From the IMG/VR virus record IMGVR_UViG_3300038463_000401: a DNA stretch of 64,000 bases; one strand, 5' to 3'. Positions 47,505 through 56,192 of this stretch are shown piece by piece (the stretch's first letter is position 1; the number at the start of each line of letters is the position of its first letter). The position numbers and the translations under genes were made by a program. The DNA comes from a virus. The notes under the pieces were generated by a model, which saw only the letters and a list, made by a program, of their open reading frames with translations, had not been told where the DNA came from and did not search any database.

Positions 47505-47692
47505 GTTTTAAAGTTTGCTGGGACTCGACAAGAAACTGGCGCTGCGTGGCCATCCAACTGTTGGATGCCAACGCCAACGTCGTTATGCAAACACACATGT
47601 TTGCGGGCCCGTTCCTGAAATGGCACATCCCGATGCGTAAGCGCTGGATGACACGTAAGTACGCGGTGCTCGCCGCGGCGAATGCTCAATGA
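47501..47692 (+). CDS. Hypothetical protein
   Basis: 63-aa ORF with overlapping junctions. Confidence 0.5.
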   Translation: MSFKVCWDSTRNWRCVAIQLLDANANVVMQTHMFAGPFLKWHIPMRKRWMTRKYAVLAAANAQ

Positions 47693-48750
47693 CACCTGCC
47701 TTCTGGGACGGCATAGAAAAACAGGCGCTTAACGCGGCCAAGGCGAGAGCTTTGGCCGCAAAGCATGGCCTTGTTCCGGAAGGGGCGTGGAAGTGGGGGC
47801 TACGGCAGCTGCGCAAAGGCAAGACTAAAGAGCAGCTAGGCCAGGCGCCTGCCGGTCTAATAAATGCTTCTAAGAGATTAGGGTCGGAAAATGAGGCCGG
47901 TGCTCTATGGGGCAAGGGCGTTAAGGGAACCAGAGGTAAACTCCACGTCGGCAACGAGGGCACTACAGATATCGGCGGGGAGAGAAAAGCGTTATTTGCT
48001 GCGATAAAGAAAGACTATAAAAATCAGCTTGCGCAGCACGAATCCATGAATGCAGACCCACGAGCTGCATTGAAGGCACAGGGTTATGCTAATGCACTCA
48101 ATATGCAGCTAATGAAACCAACTGCGGGTATGAATACGCTTCACACCCATCCAGCGCATATTGAGCCCCAAGTCCGTGCACAGGAAAAATCTATGATAGA
48201 GGGACTTCGCAACGTAAAACCAACTGACTATGGCAGCCATCCTCTCGCACACAGGTTAAACAAGCTGGAGGGTAGAGAGTTCTCCAATATAAGAAGAGAC
48301 CTTGATGCCCGTCAGAAAAGCAGCCATTTCTTATTGCATCCCAGTGGGTTTAGAAGCGGAATACCCAATAACCCGATGGCTACCGATGTGGGACGGTTCC
48401 TTAAATCAGACGTAGGCACCCACCACAACATAGTCTCCCCAGGGGTCGGCGTTGGTGTGCATACGATCCGTCCAGATAAACAGGGCGGGGGGAAAAAGCT
48501 CCGCTCCCTGCTCTTCAAAGATGATTCGATGCCAGAGAAAAAACAGGCTACGCTCGACCAGCTGTTTCATCGCCAGTTCAAGAAATCTGCAGCGGCAGAC
48601 TCGCCGTCGATCCTTAGCGACTGGTTCCAGGAGGGCGAAGACGAGCAGCGCAAAGCCAAAGAAGATAGTAAGGTAGACACGCGGGTCAGCCCGCGAGACC
48701 TTAGCGAATGGCAAGGCCCGGAAGCTTGGTACAGATTTGGGAGTCCGTAA
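47689..48750 (+). CDS. FWxGxEKxA-tagged protein with possible JAB/MPN-like HxH site
   Basis: MTPAFWDGIEKQA; TLHTHP; later PMATD. Confidence 0.65.
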   Translation: MTPAFWDGIEKQALNAAKARALAAKHGLVPEGAWKWGLRQLRKGKTKEQLGQAPAGLINASKRLGSENEAGALWGKGVKGTRGKLHVGNEGTTDIGGERKALFAAIKKDYKNQLAQHESMNADPRAALKAQGYANALNMQLMKPTAGMNTLHTHPAHIEPQVRAQEKSMIEGLRNVKPTDYGSHPLAHRLNKLEGREFSNIRRDLDARQKSSHFLLHPSGFRSGIPNNPMATDVGRFLKSDVGTHHNIVSPGVGVGVHTIRPDKQGGGKKLRSLLFKDDSMPEKKQATLDQLFHRQFKKSAAADSPSILSDWFQEGEDEQRKAKEDSKVDTRVSPRDLSEWQGPEAWYRFGSP

Positions 48751-49196
48751 TGAACGAGGCATTCTGGGGCGGTTTTGAGAAGCAGGCAGGCCTACTCCAA
48801 GCCGTAGGCTCCGTTGGCGGCCTCGCTCGTGGATCCGTTCAGCGGGCGGGCACTGCTCTCAGAACTGGCAGTTCGGCTGCCGGAGAGGCGATCACGCGCG
48901 GCGCCATCCAAGCGCGGCAGGGAGTATCTTCTGGATACCGCGCCGGCCAGCGCAAAGCATTGGGTATGAGCCCGAAGCAATATGGGGAAATGCGCCGCGG
49001 GCCGACGGCCGTGGCTAAGGCAGCTCCGGCGGCAGCCGCGGCGGCGCCCGCTGCCGCACCAGGACTTGCGCAGCGCGGCCTAGCTGCGGCGCGCGCTAAC
49101 CCACTTGTCACTGCAGGCGCCGTTGGCGCGGCGGGCGTTGGCGCGGGTATTCTCGCGGGTCACCGCCCACAGCCGCAACAGGGGCAAGCCATTTGA
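48750..49196 (+). CDS. FWxGFEKxA-tagged Gly/Ala-rich protein
   Basis: MNEAFWGGFEKQAG; C-terminal AGAVGAAGVGAGILAG. Confidence 0.7.
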   Translation: MNEAFWGGFEKQAGLLQAVGSVGGLARGSVQRAGTALRTGSSAAGEAITRGAIQARQGVSSGYRAGQRKALGMSPKQYGEMRRGPTAVAKAAPAAAAAAPAAAPGLAQRGLAAARANPLVTAGAVGAAGVGAGILAGHRPQPQQGQAI

Positions 49197-49885
49197 AACG
49201 GGTTGCCACAGTCGCAGTGATCTATGACGGCAAACTCCTCATGGGGAAGCGGCGCGACAACGGTCGTTGGACTTGCCCAGGCGGCCATCTTAACGAAGGG
49301 GAAGAGCCGCTTGCTGGCGGCGTGCGCGAGCTCTACGAGGAGTCTGGGATCGCGGCGCCGGCGCGCGAGCTCAAGCAGATCGGCTTCAACAAGGTGACCA
49401 AGCCAGACGGCGGGAAGCTGGAAGTCACCGCTTACAAGTACGAGCCGAAGGCCCGGCCGTCCACCTCGATGCGCGCCGACCCCGATCTGGAAGTCCACCG
49501 GTGGCGGTGGATTGATGTTTCACGTGGAACACTTCCTCCGCACATCGCAGACCATTTGCACGTGCCACTTGATCGCAACGTCCTCCTGAAAGGATTGGGT
49601 ATCAAAGCTATGGAAAAGACCGCGTTCTGGAACGGCTTCGACAAACAAGCAATGGTGCCGTCGCTCAACCCTCTAGGCGCGCTCGCCGCTGGTGCGAAGA
49701 GCTTGGTCGGTAAAGCCGTGGCTTCGCCCTTAGCAGGCAAAGCGATGAACGCTGGTGTGCGTGCCGCTGAAGTGGCAAAGGCTCACCCGAAGACTGCGCT
49801 TGGCCTCGGCGCGGCTGGTGCGGCTGGCGTGGGTTACATGGCTGGGCGGCCGTCTGCTCCTGCTGGGCCGCGCTACCCATACTAG
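49193..49885 (+). CDS. Nudix hydrolase fused to an FWxGFxKxA/Gly-Ala module
   Basis: Nudix box GGHLNEGEEPLAGGVRELYEESG; internal MEKTAFWNGFDKQAM. Confidence 0.9.
   Translation: MKRVATVAVIYDGKLLMGKRRDNGRWTCPGGHLNEGEEPLAGGVRELYEESGIAAPARELKQIGFNKVTKPDGGKLEVTAYKYEPKARPSTSMRADPDLEVHRWRWIDVSRGTLPPHIADHLHVPLDRNVLLKGLGIKAMEKTAFWNGFDKQAMVPSLNPLGALAAGAKSLVGKAVASPLAGKAMNAGVRAAEVAKAHPKTALGLGAAGAAGVGYMAGRPSAPAGPRYPY
49516..49531. promoter_or_regulatory. parS: parS centromere-like site (chromosomal ParB type)
   Basis: TGTTTCACGTGGAACA; its reverse complement TGTTCCACGTGAAACA is a canonical chromosomal parS 16-mer. Confidence 0.7.
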
Positions 49886-49972
49886 GCACCAGTCGTGGTA
49901 AAATGTGGCATACCCTCGGTATGCCCATCCACACTAGCCTCGCGTTGCCCCACCACATTTTAGAAGACCCAC

Positions 49973-50599
49973 CTAGCGGATGCTCACGTTCACCAGATGC
50001 AACCCCGTCGTCGACTGCACCTTCACCGTAAAATAATCCTCGCCGGCGGCGCTGCGCAGCGCGGTGACCGCGGTTAGCGGATCGCTGAGGGCGACCCCGT
50101 CAATTTCCATCACGATGTCCCCGTCGTTAAGACCGACCTGGTCGAAGATGCTGCCGGGGTCGATGTCGGTCAGCCTAAAGCCCACGCCGGGCACGAGGGT
50201 GGCTGCGGCCTGCATCATGACCTTAGCGAGGCCAGGGCCGGCGATATCGTTGCGCAGGGCCGTGCTCAGCGTCACCTCGTCGTCATGCCGCTCGACCTCC
50301 GGCGCCGCCGGCGAGGGCTCAGGTGTCTCTGGGCTGTCTCCGGCCTCGAGCCAAAAGCGACGCTTACCGTCACTTACCAGAGCTCGGCGGGGCTCGACCT
50401 TAACGACCGTCCAGCCGTGGAAGGTACTACCCTCTTCAGCGGTTACCGTCGGCGGCGGGTCGTAGTCGGCGCCCGCATAATATTCGTCGTCAGTGTGATG
50501 GACCTCTCGGCCGCGGTCGGCGATCTGGAAGGTGGCGTAGCTCGTCTTCGTTGAAACGATCGTCCCGACGAGGATGAGGTTTGCTATAAGAGTAAGCAT
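49973..50599 (-). CDS. GspC-like protein (HR domain + PDZ)
   Basis: LVGTIV...ATF...VVKVEPRRALV...L; PDZ GFRLTDIDPGSIFDQVGLNDGDIVMEIDG. Start placed at ATG 50599. Confidence 0.7.
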   Translation of the reverse strand: MLTLIANLILVGTIVSTKTSYATFQIADRGREVHHTDDEYYAGADYDPPPTVTAEEGSTFHGWTVVKVEPRRALVSDGKRRFWLEAGDSPETPEPSPAAPEVERHDDEVTLSTALRNDIAGPGLAKVMMQAAATLVPGVGFRLTDIDPGSIFDQVGLNDGDIVMEIDGVALSDPLTAVTALRSAAGEDYFTVKVQSTTGLHLVNVSIR

Positions 50600-50712
50600 C
50601 CTTCGATTGTAATTGACTTTGGCTGCGCGGCCAAATATGGTCGGGGAAACACGAACTATGTGGCGGGGCGGACGGGGTGGTAAGCTTAGGCTTACCATAT
50701 CTGGAGGTGCCC

Positions 50713-51486
50713 ATGTATCAGGCCAAGTACGCTTACGGCTGTAAACCGTCACGTCATCACGTCGGCGATATGCACTATGCCTGCGCGGGGCTTGCCCCGA
50801 CTCAGCCGGTGCTTAGCTGGCGCGCGCAGTGCTCAGCGCCGTTCAACCAGCTCCAGACTTCGTCCTGCACGGGGAACGCCTCGGCGAAAGCGCTACAGCT
50901 GCGCCGTACGCTTGAGGGCAAGCCGGCCATGGTCAGCAATCCGTCCAGGGACTTCCTCTATTATAACGGCCGCGCGCGCGAGGGCACCACTGGCCAAGAT
51001 GGCGGCGCAACGATCCGCGACGTCGGTATCGGAGCGACCGAGCAGGGTTTCTGCGACGAGACGCTTTGGGAGTTTACCGATGCCAACCTATTGGTGAAAC
51101 CCAATCAAGCCGCCTACCAGGCCGCGGTGAAGGAAGAGGGCGCGCAATTCATGTGGGTGCCACAATCGGGCGGTGCTCTTTTAATTGCATTAAAAACAGC
51201 CCTGGCCGCGAAAGACCCGATCTTCTTTGGCATTACGGTCTACGAGAGCTTTGAGTCCGCACAGACGGCAAAGACCGGCCGCGTGCCTATGCCGCAGTCG
51301 TGGGAGCAGATCCTCGGCGGCCACGCGGTTTGCATGATCGGCTGGAACGACCACATCAAATGCTTTGAGTGCGCTAACTCCTGGGGCTCTGGCTGGGGAG
51401 ACCATGGCTATTTTTGGCTACCCTACTCTTTCGTAGAAGACCAGAACCTGGCATCGGACTTCGGCGCGATCAAGGTTGTAGCCTAA
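50713..51486 (+). CDS. Papain-family (C1A, xylellain-like) cysteine protease, no signal peptide
   Basis: NQLQTSSCTGNA, GGHAVCMIGW, ANSWGSGWGDHGYFWLPY; RBS ggaggt. Confidence 0.92.
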   Translation: MYQAKYAYGCKPSRHHVGDMHYACAGLAPTQPVLSWRAQCSAPFNQLQTSSCTGNASAKALQLRRTLEGKPAMVSNPSRDFLYYNGRAREGTTGQDGGATIRDVGIGATEQGFCDETLWEFTDANLLVKPNQAAYQAAVKEEGAQFMWVPQSGGALLIALKTALAAKDPIFFGITVYESFESAQTAKTGRVPMPQSWEQILGGHAVCMIGWNDHIKCFECANSWGSGWGDHGYFWLPYSFVEDQNLASDFGAIKVVA

Positions 51487-51516
51487 TAGCCAACCGCGCT
51501 AGCCAATCGCGATAGC

Positions 51517-51540
51517 TAAAGAAAAGCGGCTTAGGCCGCT
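51517..51540 (-). terminator. Intrinsic terminator
   Basis: Minus strand AGCGGC-CTAA-GCCGCT followed by TTTCTTTA. Confidence 0.75.
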
Positions 51541-51546
51541 CTCCTA

Positions 51547-52071
51547 TTAGGTCACCATGCGCAGATGCTTCGTACGCTTTTGCAGCGCCAACATGCTGCC
51601 TGCATGCGAAGCTGCTTCTTTCACAGCGGGTGCTGCGAGCAGAGCTGACTCTGCAAGGGCTTTGAACTCCATCAGCTCGCCGCGCAGCTGGTTGAACTCT
51701 TCGTAGCTGACGCTTTCAATCTTGGCATGCTGCTTGATGAACTGGATGAACTGCTTACGATAGCATGAGGCTGCTGGGCTCTTAGCGTGGAAAGCAAAGG
51801 TCAGCATGTCCACATCTGACCATAAGTGCATGTCCTTGCGAACACGCTTAATGCCGAATTCTACTCGATTTTGTTGAAGGAATTCCTTAGCGTCCGAATT
51901 TCCGACGCTAAGCCCACCAAACTCTAGCCGGTGCACGTTATATATCTCCCGAAACGTGCTTTCGTTGATCGCCAGCGCCTCGCAAATAGACTTACTCGTG
52001 CAGTAGAGATCCCCGCGGATATCTACCATCGGTACACATAACCCCTGAAACGACCACCTAACTAGCTTCAT
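51547..52071 (-). CDS. Antirepressor-like DNA-binding protein
   Basis: LYCTSKSICEAL...F...EF...MHLW pattern (ORF6N/Bro-like). Confidence 0.5.
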   Translation of the reverse strand: MKLVRWSFQGLCVPMVDIRGDLYCTSKSICEALAINESTFREIYNVHRLEFGGLSVGNSDAKEFLQQNRVEFGIKRVRKDMHLWSDVDMLTFAFHAKSPAASCYRKQFIQFIKQHAKIESVSYEEFNQLRGELMEFKALAESALLAAPAVKEAASHAGSMLALQKRTKHLRMVT

Positions 52072-52104
52072 GTGTTCTCCAAATTTAGTTATCTTATAAA
52101 AGAC

Positions 52105-52431
52105 TTATACCGTTGCCTCCTCCGCCTCTTCATAATGAAAAATCCCGTCCTGGTCGATGTGATGAAGCTCGCAGCAGACCTTCTGCGGCGCGAACTCGAC
52201 GACCATTACCTGCGCAGCATCGTTACGGTCGAGTTCCATCTCAAAGAGCGATCCATCTTTGAGAAGGAACATCGCCGTGACGACGGACTTGTAGGACTTG
52301 ACCTTGCCGGCGGGTAGGGAGCCTTTGCCCTTGCAGATACCGCATTTGCGAAAATTATCGCCTACGGCGGCAAGACGGCTCGGTCCGTTATGCCCGCGAC
52401 CCTTGCAAGTTGGACACCACTTTCGCGCCAT
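52105..52431 (-). CDS. Hypothetical protein with DnaJ-type CxxCxGxG motifs
   Basis: CPTCKGRG...CGICKGKG. Confidence 0.6.
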   Translation of the reverse strand: MARKWCPTCKGRGHNGPSRLAAVGDNFRKCGICKGKGSLPAGKVKSYKSVVTAMFLLKDGSLFEMELDRNDAAQVMVVEFAPQKVCCELHHIDQDGIFHYEEAEEATV

Positions 52432-52707
52432 CTTTCAACCTAAGCGAGCTTTGAGCTTCCTGATCTCGGTTTCCGCCTCGGCAGGCGCGCACGCGCCCTC
52501 ATCCAAGCTATCCAAGATGGAATGAAGTTTGACAAGAACAGGGTCCTCATTTAAAGCCTTAGCCAGGCGTGTCTTGGAGCAATGAATCATCATAGGCGAC
52601 ACGGCCTTACCAAGCCAGTCCCGCATGACTTCGCGGGTGACGTAATCAGTACGTTCCTTTACGACGGCGTACACGAGATCGTCGAGCATGCGGAGGTACC
52701 TCCTCCA

Positions 52708-53169
52708 TCATGATACCTTAACAGGGGTCTTGATCACATTGAACGCCGGAAGAGACTTCTTTAGCTCCTGGTAATGATCTATACGAGCCTTCTGTTTAGA
52801 AATCTCACCAGTTGCTATCTTGACGAAGCCATCGAGCTTGACAGCCAGCTCCTTCTTAGCGTCCTCAACGCTGTGCCAATATTTGGTGCGAGGGCATTTA
52901 TCTCCGCCAAAGGACAGCGTCACCTCGCAACCATTAGCGCAGCGAATACGTACGTTGCGGTACTGATAGTTCACCTGTATGACTCGGTGCGCGGTTATTG
53001 AAAACTTTTGCTCGTCGAGCTCCATTTTGCTGGAATAGCGCCCATCCACAAGGTCTGTCTCATAGAGAACATCATTGAGTTGAATAGGCTGCTGCGAGGC
53101 AGACATCATCGCAGGGCCGCTTCCGATAACCGCGAGATCTTGCTTCAAGAACTGACGTGTCTTAGCCAT
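52708..53169 (-). CDS. Hypothetical protein
   Basis: 153-aa ORF. Confidence 0.6.
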   Translation of the reverse strand: MAKTRQFLKQDLAVIGSGPAMMSASQQPIQLNDVLYETDLVDGRYSSKMELDEQKFSITAHRVIQVNYQYRNVRIRCANGCEVTLSFGGDKCPRTKYWHSVEDAKKELAVKLDGFVKIATGEISKQKARIDHYQELKKSLPAFNVIKTPVKVS

Positions 53170-53181
53170 TTGATTAACCTT

Positions 53182-54411
53182 TCAGCTAAATAGTTTTCTG
53201 TGAAACTCCGTCACCGCCGGGTGACTCTTAATCGACGTCCTATCCCACCCCATGATGTAGAGACCCTCTGGGCTGCGCACGCGGGACAATGCCACATAGG
53301 CTTGCCCCGCGTCCCACAAATCGCTTAGGTCGACCGCCATCTTATCCAGAGTGCATCCCTGGCTTTTATGAATCGTTGTTGCCCAAGCGAGATTGATCGG
53401 AAAGTTGGTGGCCGATGCGACGTCGTCCCCGTGTCCGTCTTTCATAGTGAACGTCGTTTCCTCGATAACCACGGTGCTGCCTGTAGCCAGCTCGACTACC
53501 ACTTCGATAGCACCGAGCTGCCTCACCCAGCCTAGGCTTCCGTTCACGTAAGCAAAGTCTGGGTCGTTTGCCCGCAACATAATGAGGGAACCGGTCTTTA
53601 ACCTAAGCATCCCGGGGACTGGTGCATTCCTTTTGATCTGCTCCTCGTAAGATTCGGTTTTGCCCCAGTAGAGTGTGCGGTAGACACGTTCTTCCCCCGC
53701 TAGCTCTGCGAGCTTGCCGAGGTTGTAGCCCTCGACATCCCCGCGCCTCCCGAAGAGACGCGGCACGTCATCTGGGACAAAGAGCATTCTGCTGCGTAGG
53801 AAGGCCTCGACTTCCGATGTGACCTGCCCCACACGCACTCGGTTGAGCACTTCAAGGAAGGCGGGATCGGTCGACCGCATTGGAGTCTTCAGCATGACGG
53901 GGTAGAAGTCTGACTTCTTCCATGCCTTGCTGTTAAAGCACCAGTCCGGCGGTCCATATTGGTTGACTGGCGGCAGTTGTCGGAAGTCTCCGACAACGAC
54001 GACTTGGAGACCGCCCCACGGCTTACTCGCTCCGCGAACGAGACGGGCAATCTGCTCGGCAGCATCGAGCGCATCACCGGGGATCATCGAGATCTCGTCG
54101 ATCAGCACGCCCTTAGCCGCGCGTAGGCGGTTCACCACCTTATCCTTGGTCAAGGCCTCCGCTACTACCCGCTCGATGCTGCCCGCCATCGTCCCCAGCC
54201 CAAAGAAACTATGGAACGTCCGCCCCCCGATCAATAGCGCCGCGGCGCCGGTCGAGGCCACGACTGGGAAGGAGGATCTCCCCCTTCCTTTTAGGAAGTG
54301 CCTCGTGAGGTGAGATTTGCCCGTGCCTGCGGCACCAGTGAGGAATACATTCCTTCCGCTTGCCAAAGCGCCCATGGCCTTAGCTTGGCATTCGTTGAGT
54401 TGGTCGGCCAT
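53182..54411 (-). CDS. Pif1-family (SF1B) DNA helicase
   Basis: TGAAGTGKS, IDEISM, GGLQVVVVGDFRQLPPV, TIHKSQG, GQAYVALSRVR. Confidence 0.95.
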   Translation of the reverse strand: MADQLNECQAKAMGALASGRNVFLTGAAGTGKSHLTRHFLKGRGRSSFPVVASTGAAALLIGGRTFHSFFGLGTMAGSIERVVAEALTKDKVVNRLRAAKGVLIDEISMIPGDALDAAEQIARLVRGASKPWGGLQVVVVGDFRQLPPVNQYGPPDWCFNSKAWKKSDFYPVMLKTPMRSTDPAFLEVLNRVRVGQVTSEVEAFLRSRMLFVPDDVPRLFGRRGDVEGYNLGKLAELAGEERVYRTLYWGKTESYEEQIKRNAPVPGMLRLKTGSLIMLRANDPDFAYVNGSLGWVRQLGAIEVVVELATGSTVVIEETTFTMKDGHGDDVASATNFPINLAWATTIHKSQGCTLDKMAVDLSDLWDAGQAYVALSRVRSPEGLYIMGWDRTSIKSHPAVTEFHRKLFS

Positions 54412-54943
54412 TGCACTTTGTGTTCTCCGTTAAACAGTAATTGTAATGTCGATGTGGTTTATCGGTTGTACAGGGTGCATATCGTGGTGAACCACATCTC
54501 CCACGAAATGAACGTTGGTGACATGGCCAACCACCTTCCCGTCTAGATCTAGAAGGCGCCCATCCCGATAAATGAGCTCGTACCCCTGTGCAGCATAGAA
54601 GCGAGCCAGGGCGAACCACGCCTCCTCGCCCTTCTCTAATTTCTCGAAGATGCGGTTCAGGGCCTGTTGCCACTCCGCGTCAGGCAACCCTAGAGTTTCT
54701 CTGCCGCCCATTCTTCCCTCGCCCATCTCAGCTTAAACGGCGCCTTCTTCATTTCGAGAGAAACCTCGACGAAGCTGTTGCGCCAAGTCCGCGAGCCTAC
54801 CGGCTTTAGCTCCTCTTTGCAACGTTTAGCAAACGTCGCGACGATGTCCTTCATGGACTCTTCTGCAAGCTCAATGCGGGTTGCGCCCACAGGATGCTGA
54901 ACAAGACGATCACGCAAACGAGTGAGTTTGACCACATAGAGCT

Positions 54944-55447
54944 TCATCTCCCCTCCCTTATTGATCTGGCCACAAACGGCAGCCACCACCAGTATCGCCA
55001 GATGTGAAAGCCGTCTGCACGCATCCTGCTGTAGGCATCATAGACTGTTTTGTGTCTAACCCAAACATCGTAGGCCCAAAAGACAGCCCCAGATCTGTCC
55101 CGCCCCTCGGCGCAATGTACGTAAATGGGGAGCTTGCGCTCCTGCATCTCCTGTATGATGTCCACCGCGATTGTCAACGATTTATGCGAAGGCGGCCAGA
55201 TCACGCTCAGAGATTCATGGTAAAAAGCCATGTCCGGGTAGAACATACGCAGCGTCCGCACCCACGACTGCTCTAGGTCAATGTCATCATCTTCGAGGAC
55301 GTCGCTTTGCAGGCTCAGAATACACTCGATGCCGTGCTCCTTGTGCAGCCATGCGACCTCGTCTCGCGACTGCGGGCGAGGGCCGCGAAAGACGCCGGGG
55401 CTGTCTTCGATGATGTTAAGTGCCACGTAGTGGTCCTCCCTCTCCAT
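54944..55447 (-). CDS. Cys-based (CX5R) tyrosine/dual-specificity phosphatase
   Basis: VFRGPRP...YVHCAEGRDRSG. Confidence 0.9.
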   Translation of the reverse strand: MEREDHYVALNIIEDSPGVFRGPRPQSRDEVAWLHKEHGIECILSLQSDVLEDDDIDLEQSWVRTLRMFYPDMAFYHESLSVIWPPSHKSLTIAVDIIQEMQERKLPIYVHCAEGRDRSGAVFWAYDVWVRHKTVYDAYSRMRADGFHIWRYWWWLPFVARSIREGR

Positions 55448-56192
55448 GCGCTTCTTTGTACGTTTGATCGTGGAAATAGCCGCACTTGTTGCAGAAACGG
55501 TTATCTACGCTAACTTGATAGTTGCACCCTGGACGCCAAATCTTATCCTCATACTGCCCGCACAGCGCCTCGCCGACGTCATCCAACTTGATGTCCCAGA
55601 ACCTCTGAAATTCCCCGTGCAGCCACTTGCGGTGTTTGCTGTCACCATGGGCGACGTGCACGAAGAACATCCTGAGGCGTTCGCGCAGGGCGTCGTCGTT
55701 CATGCGAACTTATCCCTTAGCTTGGCAAACTTTTCGCGAAGCTTCTCCAAAGCTTTGATGTAGCCCCGGTGGTGCTCTAGCTCTTTGTCAATGTCATCAC
55801 ACATCTTGTTGAAGACCGCACTCTTGTTCAGGAAGAATATGCGGCCAAGGTCCGACCCATTGCATTGGCGCGGGTAACGATCGTCGCTGAACTTTATACG
55901 ACCCTTCGTTACTCCAGAGACCGCTCTGCCGCTAGCATCATCGTGATAGTTGCGAAAGAACACCTGCTGGCCTGGCTTAATTAACTGTGTTAAATCGATA
56001 CTCATGCTGTCCTCCGCCTCTTCGGCACCCGCACAGGTTTGTGGAGATCTTCGATCTCACCGCGCAATACGTCGATCGTCGAAAGCAGCCTCTGGGTAAT
56101 GTCCTCCCACGGCGTGTCGATGTAAACAAGGGTGCCGTTCTCGTCATTAAGTAATTCAATGGCGCGGCCCTTGACGCTTCTCTCCAATGGAC

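Noticed and set aside
49886-49972. Inverted repeats (AAAATGTGG/CCACATTTT; CATACC/GGTATG) as a possible ncRNA
   Set aside because: The gap is short and lies between convergent genes; a termination structure is the simpler explanation.
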